Assembly: GCA_965221695.1 (NCBI GenBank)
Contig: OZ244905.1
Span: forward strand, 2,496,001-2,560,000
Direction: 5' to 3'
DNA: 64,000 nt
Source: Gammaproteobacteria bacterium
GTDB lineage: Bacteria > Pseudomonadota > Gammaproteobacteria > Eutrophobiales > Eutrophobiaceae
Shown here: positions 30,923-40,548 of the stretch, one piece after another
Position numbering within the stretch: the stretch's first letter is position 1
How the letters are laid out: every line of letters begins with the position of its first letter
Program-made: the position numbers and the translations under genes
Notes under the pieces: model-generated
What the model saw: the letters and a program-made list of their open reading frames with translations, nothing else
Databases searched by the model: none
What the model was told of the DNA's origin: nothing

Positions 30923-31657
30923 ATGAAAACCATTATCCAGGTAATTACGCCCATCATCACGCGCGGGGTGCGGCAACTCGATGATCTCAGGGAATTGGAA
31001 CACCCGGACCTGGAGCTGCGGCATTCACTTCTCGACAAAGGTCCCGCATCCATAGAATCCGAATTCGACGAAGCGCTAAGCGTCCCGGACACCATCGCCA
31101 AGGCTATACAGGCACAGCGGGACGGCGCCCATGCTATTGTCATTGATTGCATGGGAGACCCCGGCGTCGATGCCTGCCGCGAAGCGGTATCTGTGCCCGT
31201 GTTCGGCCCTTGCCAGACATCCATGCACATGGCCAGCCTGCTCGCGCACAGTTTTGGTTTTATCACGGTACTGGATCGCCTGCGCCCGCTCATCGACAAC
31301 CTCGCATCAAAGTACGGACTCACCTGCAAATATGCTTCGTTCCAGGCAGTCGATATACCGGTGCTGGAAATCGGCCACGACCCTGATAAGCTGAATGATG
31401 CGCTGACGGAAAAAGCCATGCTGGCGGCGCGGCAGCACGGCGCCGACGCGCTGATACTGGGCTGCACAGGCTTCCTTGGCAGCGCTGCGGCCATGCGCCG
31501 AGGCCTGCTCGAGGCGGGGTTAGATGTGCCCGTCATCGACCCTCTGCCGTTGACAGTGCGCTTGGCAGAAACCATGATCCTGGCTGGCCTCAGCCACAGC
31601 AAACATACCTGGCCCCCGCCTACCACCAAGCCAATAGCAGGATACGAGATACCCTGA
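30923..31657 (+). CDS. Asp/Glu/hydantoin racemase family protein
   Basis: 'GPASIE', 'IDCMGDPG', 'ILGCTG', 'VPVIDP'. Confidence 0.88.
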   Translation: MKTIIQVITPIITRGVRQLDDLRELEHPDLELRHSLLDKGPASIESEFDEALSVPDTIAKAIQAQRDGAHAIVIDCMGDPGVDACREAVSVPVFGPCQTSMHMASLLAHSFGFITVLDRLRPLIDNLASKYGLTCKYASFQAVDIPVLEIGHDPDKLNDALTEKAMLAARQHGADALILGCTGFLGSAAAMRRGLLEAGLDVPVIDPLPLTVRLAETMILAGLSHSKHTWPPPTTKPIAGYEIP

Positions 31658-31707
31658 CCACTCCCGTGACCCACGCCGGTTACATGATGCCGGCATGATA
31701 AAATTTA

Positions 31708-31931
31708 GGAAACTCTGAACAAGTCCATCCTGGACTTGTCAGAGTACGGAAAACAAAAATGCGATTTTTGTTTTCCTCACAATATCAATGCCTTACAGTC
31801 ATTGATATTGACGATACATCCCTGTATCGTAGGAACCTCTGACTTAATCTCAGAGGTTCCTTCACTTGAAAAGTGAAAAAATCCCGGATTATTTCACTTT
31901 AGGAAGTTCTGACTTAATCCTCAGAGTGACC
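31708..31931. mobile_element. Family A long element / array of seven abutting hairpins with IHF-consensus site
   Basis: Ends GGAAACTCTGA / TCAGAGTGACC; stems at 31712-45, 31748-76, 31780-810, 31811-30, 31831-61, 31870-900, 31902-31; TATCAATGCCTTA at 31783-95 fits WATCAANNNNTTR. Confidence 0.72.
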
Positions 31932-32009
31932 TTAACTAGCAACCGGCGCCATGGCCAGACAAGTCCGGGCATGCCATCAGTCGGGTACGGATGATATTAT
32001 GGAATTATT

Positions 32010-32657
32010 TTGACCGGGTTCATGTCATTGAGTGAAGATCAGCTTGTCAACAACCTGCAACGGGGCCTGACAGAACTGGGCCTGAACCCGGAGTCCTGTC
32101 CCTGTGACGCGTATCTCGAATATATCAACTTGCTGGCCAAATGGAATCGCGCCTACAACCTGACGGGTGTGCGCGATAAACAGAGGATGCTTTATGCGCA
32201 CATATTGGACAGTCTTGCCGCGTTGCCTTATATTCGCGGAGAGCGTTGCCTGGATGTCGGCGCCGGCGCCGGCCTGCCCGGTTTCATCCTGGCGCTGACG
32301 CAGCCGGATGCGGAATGGACTCTGCTGGATTCAAATGGTAAAAAAGTGCGTTTTCTACAGCAGTTACTGTTCGAGATGAAGGTCGGGAATGTCGAGATCG
32401 TCCACTCCCGGGCAGAGGAGTTCTTGTCATCTACCCCGTATTCATCCATTATTTTCCGGGCATTCGGGTCCCTGCCCGCCTGTTACAGGGCAGTGGAGCA
32501 CTTGGTGCAGCCTGGCGCCCGATTGTTGGCGATGAAAGGCAGGACGCCGGATTCGGAATTGCAGGAAGTGGCCGCCCGGGTAAAATCCGTTACAGTGGAG
32601 GAATTGCATGTCCCCGGTATCGATGCGCACAGAAGTCTGGTAGTGTTGGAACTATGA
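32010..32657 (+). CDS. rsmG: 16S rRNA (guanine527-N7) methyltransferase RsmG
   Basis: 'LLAKWNRAYNLT', 'HILDSL', 'LDVGAGAGLPG', 'LLDSNGKKVRFL'; directly upstream of parA. Confidence 0.95.
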   Translation: MTGFMSLSEDQLVNNLQRGLTELGLNPESCPCDAYLEYINLLAKWNRAYNLTGVRDKQRMLYAHILDSLAALPYIRGERCLDVGAGAGLPGFILALTQPDAEWTLLDSNGKKVRFLQQLLFEMKVGNVEIVHSRAEEFLSSTPYSSIIFRAFGSLPACYRAVEHLVQPGARLLAMKGRTPDSELQEVAARVKSVTVEELHVPGIDAHRSLVVLEL

Positions 32658-32674
32658 GATATTCGAGCTAAAGA

Positions 32675-33469
32675 ATGAACTACTTCAGCGGGCAAGACGC
32701 GAGGATCATCGCGGTGACGAACCAGAAAGGCGGGGTCGGAAAAACCACGACCAGCGTAAACCTGGCTGCATCCCTGGCCTCGGCCAAACGCAAGGTGCTG
32801 CTCATTGACCTGGACCCGCAGGGCAACGCCACCATGGGTAGCGGCATCAACAAAAACGGGCTGGAACACAGCGGCTATGAGGTCCTGGCTGGAAACATGA
32901 ATCTGCAGGATATCCTACTGCAAGCGCCGCTGTGCGGTTATGACCTGGCGCCCGGCAACGCCGACCTGACCGGCGCCGAGGTGGCCTTGTTGCAGAAAAA
33001 AGGGCGAGGCGACCGTCTGCAGAACGCGATCAAGCCGGTGCGCGCCAATTACCAGTATATCTTTATTGACTGTCCGCCTTCACTGAACATGCTGACGGTG
33101 AACGCCCTCGTCGCTGCCGATAGCGTGCTCATCCCGATTCAATGCGAATACTATGCGCTGGAGGGGCTGACAGCCCTGCTGGACACCGTTGAGAATATTC
33201 GCAGCTACTATAATCCGAAACTGGAGGTCGGCGGGCTGCTGCGCACCATGTATGATCCCCGTAACAAACTGTCGGATCAGGTGTCCGAACAATTACTTAA
33301 ACATTTCGGCGACAAGGTATACGAGACCGTTATCCCGCGCAACGTACGCCTGGCTGAAGCTCCCAGCCATGGTCTGCCTGTTATACAATATGACAGAACC
33401 TCACGCGGCGCGATCGCCTATCTCAACCTGGCCGGCGAAATGATAAACCGGGAAAACCAGGCAGCCTGA
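32675..33469 (+). CDS. parA: Chromosome partitioning ATPase ParA/Soj
   Basis: 'NQKGGVGKTT', 'DLDPQGNAT', 'IDCPPSL', 'QCEYYALEG', 'IPRNVRLAEAPSHG'. Confidence 0.96.
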   Translation: MNYFSGQDARIIAVTNQKGGVGKTTTSVNLAASLASAKRKVLLIDLDPQGNATMGSGINKNGLEHSGYEVLAGNMNLQDILLQAPLCGYDLAPGNADLTGAEVALLQKKGRGDRLQNAIKPVRANYQYIFIDCPPSLNMLTVNALVAADSVLIPIQCEYYALEGLTALLDTVENIRSYYNPKLEVGGLLRTMYDPRNKLSDQVSEQLLKHFGDKVYETVIPRNVRLAEAPSHGLPVIQYDRTSRGAIAYLNLAGEMINRENQAA

Positions 33470-33488
33470 TATTTGCTGTGAGATTTAT

Positions 33489-33515
33489 GGAAGCTCTGAC
33501 TTAATCAGAGGTTCC
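33489..33515. mobile_element. Family A 27-bp mini-element between parA and parB
   Basis: GGAAGCTCTGA-CTTAA-TCAGAGGTTCC flanked by TTAT/TTAA. Confidence 0.7.
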
Positions 33516-33581
33516 TTAACATTTGACTGAGCGCCCGCTGCTGTGGGAGTGGTATAAGGGCATGAATTTCAGGAAATATAA

Positions 33582-34457
33582 ATGAGCGCAAAAAAACGTG
33601 GACTGGGCAGGGGACTGGAGGCCTTGCTGGGCCCCATGGAAACGACCGGTGCCGTGGTTGGCGGCCATGCAGAAGAATTGCGCACCCTGCCGGTCGAATT
33701 GCTGCAGCGGGGCGCTCACCAACCGCGGCTGGATTTTGACGCGGACGCCCTGCAGGAACTGGCCGATTCGATCAGCGCGCAAGGCGTGTTGCAGCCGGTG
33801 CTGGTCAGACCCCTGGACGATTCCGGCAGGTTTGAGATCATCGCCGGCGAGCGCCGCTGGCGAGCGGCGCAACTGGCCGGCTTGCATGAAATTCCCGCGG
33901 TAGTCAGAGAGCTGGATGATCGCGCGGCAATGTGCATTGGCCTGATTGAGAATATCCAAAGAGAAGACCTGAACCCGCTTGAACACGCCCGCGGGCTGGC
34001 GCGACTGGCGAAAGAATTCGATATGACCCATGAATCCATTGCCGAATCCGTAGGACGTTCGCGCTCGGCCATCACCAACATGCTGCGCCTGCTGGAGTTG
34101 TGCGATGAGGTCAAACACTTGATGGAAAACCGGCAACTGGAGATGGGCCATGCACGCGCTTTGCTCACCCTAAGCGAACAGCAACAGAGATGGGCGGCGC
34201 AGCAGATCATCAAGTCGGGTCTTTCAGTACGTGCGGCCGAGTCCCTGGTGCGGCGCCTGCAGAAGACAAAAACCGTGTTGAAACCCGGAGAGGATCGGGA
34301 TGATCCCGATATCAGGCGTCTGGAAACCGAATTATCCGAACAGCTTGGCGCGGCCGTTACCATCCAACAAAAAAAGCAGGGCAAAGGCGCGCTGCGTATC
34401 GCCTACAACTCCCTGGATGAGTTGGACGGCATCCTCGCCAGGATCCGAAATAAATAA
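33582..34457 (+). CDS. parB: Chromosome partitioning protein ParB
   Basis: 'KRGLGRGLEAL', 'QPR', 'GVLQPV', 'IIAGERRWRAA', 'IENIQREDLNP'. Confidence 0.96.
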   Translation: MSAKKRGLGRGLEALLGPMETTGAVVGGHAEELRTLPVELLQRGAHQPRLDFDADALQELADSISAQGVLQPVLVRPLDDSGRFEIIAGERRWRAAQLAGLHEIPAVVRELDDRAAMCIGLIENIQREDLNPLEHARGLARLAKEFDMTHESIAESVGRSRSAITNMLRLLELCDEVKHLMENRQLEMGHARALLTLSEQQQRWAAQQIIKSGLSVRAAESLVRRLQKTKTVLKPGEDRDDPDIRRLETELSEQLGAAVTIQQKKQGKGALRIAYNSLDELDGILARIRNK

Positions 34458-34458
34458 A

Positions 34459-34489
34459 GGAAACTCTGATTAAGTCTCTCAGGGATTCC
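34459..34489. mobile_element. Family A 31-bp mini-element just after the parB stop
   Basis: GGAAACTCTGA-TTAAGTCTC-TCAGGGATTCC. Confidence 0.62.
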
Positions 34490-34490
34490 C

Positions 34491-34662
34491 AAACCCTCAT
34501 GATCAGGTATCTGCACACTCCGATTGCAAGTAACAAATGGCACAGACCAAGGCATTCCCCCGTACCACTCCCGCAACAGCGGGAGTCCAGTCAAATACTG
34601 TGTCGCCCTGAGGGCGACCCTTTGTTTCACTGGATTCCCGTTTGCACGGGAATGGTACGGGG
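34491..34662. repeat. Family B element, most complete copy (tail plus REP doublet plus central hairpin)
   Basis: GTACCACTCCCGCAACAGCGGGAGTCCAGT (34562-91), GTCGCCCTGAGGGCGAC, ACTGGATTCCCGTTTGCACGGGAATGGTAC (34629-58). Confidence 0.8.
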
Positions 34663-34726
34663 TGCAGGTCGGTAATAAAAATCTACACAACAAAATATAA
34701 TTTCTCCATTTAAGCGCCCATAAAGT

Positions 34727-35878
34727 ATGAATTCAAACAACAACCTTGATGACCTGAACATTACCCTCGGGGTAGAGGAAGAGTTTTTCCTAGTGGACCC
34801 GAATTCCAGGGATTTACTGGCCGATCCGGACCCGCAAATCTTCGAGACCTGCAAGGCAAACCAGGGAGCACACAAGGTGGTGCATGAATTCCTGCGTTCC
34901 CAGATTGAGATCAGTACCCGGGTCTGCACATCGGTACATGATGTGCGTAGTGCGTTAAAGGAAACCCGACGGGTGATGATCGACGGCGCCGCGCAGCACG
35001 GCGCGGCGGTATTGGCTACATCCACCCACCCGTTTGCGGCCTGGGATGAGCAGTTGCCCACACCCAACGATCGCTACGAGACCTTTGCGAATACGTTCCA
35101 GGAAAGTGTCAGGCGGTTGCTGGTCGGCGGCCTGCATATTCATGCCGGCTTTGGCGACCCGGAGACCCGTATCCAGGTGATGACCGCGCTGAGGCGTTAC
35201 CTGCCGGTATTCAATGCGTTGTCCGCCTCGTCGCCTTTCAGCGGCGCTAGGGAAACGGGCTTCAAGTGTGGACGCCTCAACCTGATGGGAGCGCTGCCCC
35301 GAACCAGCGTGCCCAGGGAGCTGAATTCGAAAGCGGATTTCGATCGCATAGTGGCAGATTATCAGCGCATGGAATTTATCGGCGACGGCAGTGAATTATG
35401 GTGGGATATTCGCCCGTCCCATGCTTATCCGACAGTCGAATTGCGCATTTGCGATATTTGCCCGCGGCTGGAAGACACGCTGGGCATAGTCGCGTTGTAT
35501 GCTACATTGGTGCGCCGGTTGTTAAGGCAAGCGCAAGAAGGCAGCTTGCCACCCGAACCCGCCACCGAAATTATTGCCGAAAACATCTGGCTTGCCCAGC
35601 GTTACGGCGTATTGGCTTTTCTTGGAGATACGATGAACGGCGGGCGCGTGGACATAGCCGACATGGTAACCCGACTGGTTGACGAACTCAGTGATGATGC
35701 CGCGGCGCTGGACTGCGAAGACGAATTACATTATGTACTCAATATCATCCGAGAGGGCGCCGGCGCCGACCGGCAGATCGATTGCTATCGGATCAGCCTG
35801 CTGGACGGTGCTACGAAAGAGGAGGCGCTACGTTCAGTCGTGGATATGTCGCTGGCCGAAACTTCGGCCGGGGTATAA
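34727..35878 (+). CDS. Carboxylate-amine ligase, YbdK/GCS2 family
   Basis: 'TLGVEEEFFLVD', 'QIEIST', 'GLHIHAG', 'LSASSPF', 'WWDIRPS...TVELRICD'. Confidence 0.9.
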   Translation: MNSNNNLDDLNITLGVEEEFFLVDPNSRDLLADPDPQIFETCKANQGAHKVVHEFLRSQIEISTRVCTSVHDVRSALKETRRVMIDGAAQHGAAVLATSTHPFAAWDEQLPTPNDRYETFANTFQESVRRLLVGGLHIHAGFGDPETRIQVMTALRRYLPVFNALSASSPFSGARETGFKCGRLNLMGALPRTSVPRELNSKADFDRIVADYQRMEFIGDGSELWWDIRPSHAYPTVELRICDICPRLEDTLGIVALYATLVRRLLRQAQEGSLPPEPATEIIAENIWLAQRYGVLAFLGDTMNGGRVDIADMVTRLVDELSDDAAALDCEDELHYVLNIIREGAGADRQIDCYRISLLDGATKEEALRSVVDMSLAETSAGV

Positions 35879-35895
35879 AGAACTTTGCGGTCCGG

Positions 35896-36510
35896 ATGGT
35901 TTCAGAATTAACTGGCAAAGGTACTGCGCTTGCAGGATGGATCACATGCCTCTTTCTGATAACCAGTAATATAACATTGGCACAAGCAAAGGAAGAACAG
36001 ACCTGTGCTGTTGCCTCGGCTGACTTCAGCACGCTGACTTTTGATGTGTTTGATCAAGCTGTTGGCTCACCCTTGTCATGGAGATGTGTCGCTGATACGG
36101 GGGATTTCAAGCAAGCACAAGAGTTAATTCACAAGTACATCGCGGTAAATCAAACACGATTGGATCAATATGAAATTCGAATTCTGAACTTTCATTCCGG
36201 CCAATTAGCCGCTGTTGATGAAAGATATGAGGATGCGATAGGGAAATTTTATCAAGCGCTTGATGATAGTGACAGTCCCGCTGATTTCTTGAGCTGGAAT
36301 GAATATGTGTTAGGCACAATCTACTTCCTGCAAGGTGATATCAAGAAACTTGAACGTAAAATAAAGAAAATAGAATCCAGGAATATACAAATGGATGTTT
36401 ATAATCTGCGCATATTAAAAAACTTCCTCAAGTGTTCAACGGACACATATCAAAGCATATATTCCCGCACATCACCCTGTATTACTAACAAGCCGGATTC
36501 CCCACAATAA
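35896..36510 (+). CDS. Hypothetical exported helical (TPR-like) protein, AT-rich
   Basis: Signal-like N-terminus ending 'LAQA'; 'FHSGQL.A...Y..AI..F', 'WNEYVLGTIYFL'. Confidence 0.55.
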   Translation: MVSELTGKGTALAGWITCLFLITSNITLAQAKEEQTCAVASADFSTLTFDVFDQAVGSPLSWRCVADTGDFKQAQELIHKYIAVNQTRLDQYEIRILNFHSGQLAAVDERYEDAIGKFYQALDDSDSPADFLSWNEYVLGTIYFLQGDIKKLERKIKKIESRNIQMDVYNLRILKNFLKCSTDTYQSIYSRTSPCITNKPDSPQ

Positions 36511-36827
36511 CCATATCCTCTAGACAATGGCAATTCATCGGATATACGTTTTCTTCAAACCATATTGTAACTCTATTTGACATTTAGTCGTCTATAAGTA
36601 AAGTAGCTCTGCGCTGGAACTTGTCAAACGGCTCAAATGTTACGCTTTCGATTCCGGATTTGTTATCTTACCGACGCCTATAGCTGGAAGGCATCCAGGT
36701 TGGCATGTCAGCGCCTGCGTGAAGCAGTCTCCAAAATGGCAGTGGATAATAGGTTGGATAATCGGGTTGACTGTTCATATTGCATAACCTAGAGTACTAT
36801 CATGACAAGGTGTAAGGGCATTCCCGC

Positions 36828-37253
36828 GTGAAGCTCGACACCACCTTTTTGCACCGGTGTTTAACATCGCTCGAACGGGCCATTAACGAAATCGAGCGGC
36901 TTGACGACACCGAGGATATTCTGTACGAGATTTACTGCGCCGCCTGCGTCAAAGAGTTTGAATTGGTACTCGAGCAGAGTGGCAAGCTCTTGCGCAAGCG
37001 TATCGCAGCATTCTTTGCCAGCAACCTGCAAGCGGATCGTCTGGCCTTCAAAGACCTCTTCCGCCATGCAGCTAAACACGGTCTGATGGATGCTGACACC
37101 GTCGAACGCTGGGTTTCTTATCGCGACAATCGCAACAACACGGCTCACGACTACGGCGAGAATTTTGCCGAAGCAACGCTCAAACTCCTACCTGCGTTTG
37201 TCGCTGATGCAAAGACGTTGGCGGACATTATTGAGTCGGGGGAAGATGGCTGA
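36828..37253 (+). CDS. HEPN / nucleotidyltransferase substrate-binding protein (toxin-like)
   Basis: 'KEFELVLEQSGKLL', Rx4H motif 'RNNTAH'. Confidence 0.85.
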   Translation: MKLDTTFLHRCLTSLERAINEIERLDDTEDILYEIYCAACVKEFELVLEQSGKLLRKRIAAFFASNLQADRLAFKDLFRHAAKHGLMDADTVERWVSYRDNRNNTAHDYGENFAEATLKLLPAFVADAKTLADIIESGEDG

Positions 37254-37563
37254 CTGCTTACACCTGGAACCAAGGCACCGCCGGATATTGCAGGCGCTAT
37301 TGCGGAAGAGCTTGCCCGATGTCGAAGTCTGGGCATACGGCAGTCGGGTGAATGGTCGCAGCCACGAAAGCAGCGACTTGGACCTCGTGTTGCGTGGTCC
37401 TGGCTTGAAAGCGATACCAACCTGCCAATTAGCCGATTTTAAGGAGTCGCTGCGGGAATCCACAATACCATTCCTGGTCGAAGCCAGGGACTGGGCACTG
37501 ATGCCAAAGCGGTTTCATCAGGAGACCGAACGAGAGCATGTGTCACTCGAGCATGAGACGTGA
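37246..37563 (+). CDS. Minimal nucleotidyltransferase (MNT) antitoxin-like
   Basis: 'VWAYGSRVNG....SDLDL'; overlaps the HEPN gene stop. Confidence 0.85.
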   Translation: MADCLHLEPRHRRILQALLRKSLPDVEVWAYGSRVNGRSHESSDLDLVLRGPGLKAIPTCQLADFKESLRESTIPFLVEARDWALMPKRFHQETEREHVSLEHET

Positions 37564-37619
37564 TTTATATATGGGGCAAGTGACACCCTCCCTGAACGCT
37601 ATGGAATCTGCCCCCGCTC

Positions 37620-38138
37620 TCACCTCGTCAGGGAGTGGATCAGCGCTGCTCTATCCGGGTACTGTTCAAGCAGTTGTTCGCGGTCACCCGGGACGTAATC
37701 AGCGTCGATGAAACCCGGCGCCATGGTTGTGCCCAGCAGCGCAAACTCTCCCCCATGGATGATACGAGCGCCCTGCCAGACGCCGGCGGGAGCAACAAAC
37801 TGCAGATGCTGACCGTTCGTTACGTCCTGCCCCAGCGTAATGATCTCGCTGCGGCCGTCTTCTTTCAGCAAGAGCAATTCAACCGGGTCTCCCAGGTAGA
37901 AATGATAGATTTCATCGGTGGGCAGAGTATGCAGCGACGAGAAGGAATCCGGCTCTGACGATAGCAGGTAAAAGATCGCAGTCGAACGCGGTTTGCTTAC
38001 CTGTGTCTCTGTGCCGGGCGCGCTCACGAGAACGTTTTCATCCGCGCGGTAAGTCTGCCGGAAATGTCCCCCTTCAAGCGGCAATATCTCGAGCCCGAAT
38101 GCTTCTATCAATATTTTGGCATTAAGTTTTTTCGTCAT
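37620..38138 (-). CDS. Cupin superfamily protein (DUF985/Cupin_5 type)
   Basis: 'EGGHFRQTY', 'STAIFYLL', 'DEIYHFYLGDP', 'GTTMAPGF'. Confidence 0.85.
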   Translation of the reverse strand: MTKKLNAKILIEAFGLEILPLEGGHFRQTYRADENVLVSAPGTETQVSKPRSTAIFYLLSSEPDSFSSLHTLPTDEIYHFYLGDPVELLLLKEDGRSEIITLGQDVTNGQHLQFVAPAGVWQGARIIHGGEFALLGTTMAPGFIDADYVPGDREQLLEQYPDRAALIHSLTR

Positions 38139-38279
38139 GGCGCCAGTTTATAAGATATCCGGTCTGTTATGTTTATCTTGCAAGCACTGTACCGAAAGGG
38201 TTAGTTATCAAACCTACCCCCGGGACCGCGGGCGGGTCGCCGATTGACCGCAATTTATCTTCTAAACTTTGTTGCTTTG

Positions 38280-39281
38280 TCATTGTTTGCTCTCCCCTTT
38301 TGCCGCGCGTTTCTTTTTTTCACGCTTGGCCAACATGATTTCGGAGAGCTTGGCGCCCCTTCCGGGTTCCGACCAGGGGCAAACTTCAACACAGATAGAG
38401 CAGCCGTTTGTTTTCGTGAAATACCAGACACACTTGTCATGATCGACATACCACTTCTCCACCCCCCTGACCATTTGCCTTTTGTCTGAAATGGCGCCAA
38501 CCGGACAATTTATCGTACAGGCCTGGCAGGTAAGGCATACATCCTGCACACCAATATCCACTGGTTCATCAATCTTTAGTGGAAGATCGGTCAACACAAG
38601 AGTCAACCGGAAGTTGGAACCGTGCTCCTTGCTGATCATAGACCCATGCTTACCCAGTTCTCCAAGCCCCCCTTCAATAGCAGCGGGCATCATCAGAATA
38701 TCCCTGCCGAAACCAAAGGCTTCCGCCGGCCATCCCAGGGAACGAATGTACGCGGCGACCTTATTCGCAGTCAACGTTCCATAGCGATAAATCCGCACGA
38801 CCTCAACACCGGCTTCATCCTGAGGCGCGTTCTTCATTATTTCGCGATCCTGCTCAAAGCCTATGCTTATCGCGTACTTGTAAGGATAAGACTCCTCGCC
38901 TTCATACAACAACAAATCATCCCTGGCCTCGGTGATGCCAACAATACTGGCTCCCAATTCTTTTGCTTTTTCCTTGAGTTGTGCTGACATGCTTGCAGGA
39001 TCATCGACGGCGACCTGGCGGGGAGCGACTTTTCCTCGAGCATTTCTGCTGGCGTACATCGACAATACAAGCCCACTGAACGTGGCCCAGGACAGGTTAA
39101 AAAAAAAGAAATCCCACAAATCCTTCCACTCGTAATCACGAACGGCGAAATCGTCAGGTGCAAGTATTCTGGGTCTTTTTTTAGTCCTGACACCCAATCC
39201 GTTTATATCGTTTCCGGAAAGGGGAGGCTGTCCGGCGTAATCATGGGTACGGTCTGGTGGCGGTGGATTTTTAGCTCTCAT
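38280..39281 (-). CDS. Reductive dehalogenase/QueG-like 2x[4Fe-4S] cobalamin-domain protein
   Basis: 'AKELGASIVGIT', 'YIRSLGWPA', 'GGLGELGKHG..ISKEHG..FRL..VLTDLPL', 'CLTCQACTINCP', 'CSICVEVCPW'; RBS GGGAGG before MRAKN. Confidence 0.75.
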   Translation of the reverse strand: MRAKNPPPPDRTHDYAGQPPLSGNDINGLGVRTKKRPRILAPDDFAVRDYEWKDLWDFFFFNLSWATFSGLVLSMYASRNARGKVAPRQVAVDDPASMSAQLKEKAKELGASIVGITEARDDLLLYEGEESYPYKYAISIGFEQDREIMKNAPQDEAGVEVVRIYRYGTLTANKVAAYIRSLGWPAEAFGFGRDILMMPAAIEGGLGELGKHGSMISKEHGSNFRLTLVLTDLPLKIDEPVDIGVQDVCLTCQACTINCPVGAISDKRQMVRGVEKWYVDHDKCVWYFTKTNGCSICVEVCPWSEPGRGAKLSEIMLAKREKKKRAAKGESKQ

Positions 39282-39507
39282 CCTTATTCCTCCCGAAAGG
39301 CAAACGGTCCACATAAAAAACCCGTCCCTCTTTCTGTGCCTTGCGATAGGCCAGACGGACGATGGCGCCGTATACCGCCCAAAGAAAAAAAGTCACCAGC
39401 ACATAGATGGCAAACATAACATTAGATTTGAACCATGCGACAGGCCCCGTTTCTCTGACCTCAAAATTACCCCGAATATTGGGAGCTTGATTTTCTTCCG
39501 CGCGCAT
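39271..39507 (-). CDS. Small single-pass membrane protein coupled to the FeS gene
   Basis: Hydrophobic 'VMFAIYVLVTFFLWAVYGAIV'; stop overlaps the start of the downstream gene. Confidence 0.55.
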   Translation of the reverse strand: MRAEENQAPNIRGNFEVRETGPVAWFKSNVMFAIYVLVTFFLWAVYGAIVRLAYRKAQKEGRVFYVDRLPFGRNKDES

Positions 39508-39692
39508 TTGAGTACCTTCCGGGATGTTTTACAGGCGCCCTTATGAGCAGTCTTTAATTATGATGGTTGTACTCGGACCTGATAAAAAATTGCGGCAATA
39601 GCTCGTGGCTTTGAAAACGAGTTTCGCAAACAGGCCATGAATATTGCGCTTTCCGGGGAAATTTAGCGGCCTGTGATAGCCGGATAATGCAA

Positions 39693-40325
39693 TCATGGAC
39701 TAGTGGCCAATTTCAGTATTTGCTGTTTTACTGATTTTTCAATGCCATATAAATCAGTTTGTTGGTGCACTCCTGATCCTAATATTATCATTAATCCTTC
39801 CACCATAGCCGCGATCATAACCGTCCGGTGTTTTATCTCTTGTTGCCCCAGGGCCGGATTTATTGGTTCAATCAAATGGTACAGGCGATTACGGTACATA
39901 CCAAAAAACTCGTCGATTAATTCATCAGCAAGGTGCTCATCTGCGGTAAGCAAAGCCCAGAATTGAATAAAAAAGCGGCGAACCTGCGGATTGCTGATCT
40001 CTTTAAACAGGTAATCTATCACCTTCATAAATTGTTCTTCCGGGCTTATTTCATGATCGACAAGAGGTAATTTGAGGTTTTCGGTGTAGTCTTCGACGAT
40101 GGAGTGAATAAGACCGTGAATCAGTTCCTTTTTACCAGGAAAATAATAATACACATTACTTATATGAATACCGGCTTTCTTCGTGATGTTACGTACCGTG
40201 AATTTCGTATAGCCTTCGTTAATTAATATATACTTGGCGGCGTCCATAATTTGGTTAACGCATTTTCGCCCTTTATCCGCGGTCGCGGTACCCGACTTGA
40301 TAATGTTTTCATATGGAATCGACAT
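39693..40325 (-). CDS. TetR/AcrR family regulator
   Basis: 'IMDAAKYILINEGYTKFTVRNITKKAGIHISNVYYYFPGKKELI'; start reassigned to MSIPY. Confidence 0.88.
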   Translation of the reverse strand: MSIPYENIIKSGTATADKGRKCVNQIMDAAKYILINEGYTKFTVRNITKKAGIHISNVYYYFPGKKELIHGLIHSIVEDYTENLKLPLVDHEISPEEQFMKVIDYLFKEISNPQVRRFFIQFWALLTADEHLADELIDEFFGMYRNRLYHLIEPINPALGQQEIKHRTVMIAAMVEGLMIILGSGVHQQTDLYGIEKSVKQQILKLATSP

Positions 40326-40548
40326 TACTGTTTTGGTGTATCCATTTATCGTTTTAGAGTTATATCTGAACCTGATGTTTGCGGGGCTGGATAAGAGCGG
40401 CGTATCTGGCTGATGAGTTTTCGTCAGGCATCTTATCCTAAGGAACAGATATTTACCAAACGGTTTACGCAAGACATAATTGACACGCTTGGAGCCAGGA
40501 TTTATGAACTCGTAACCAGGGCTTTCCCATCCCAACCCGGAGGACATC

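Noticed and set aside
31708-31931. CRISPR array or tRNA interpretation of the hairpin run
   Set aside because: No constant repeat with regular unique spacers, no cas genes, no cloverleaf or T-loop motif
39508-39692. Cobalamin riboswitch upstream of the dehalogenase-like operon
   Set aside because: No B12-box or GGGAA/CCCC core recognised on the minus strand
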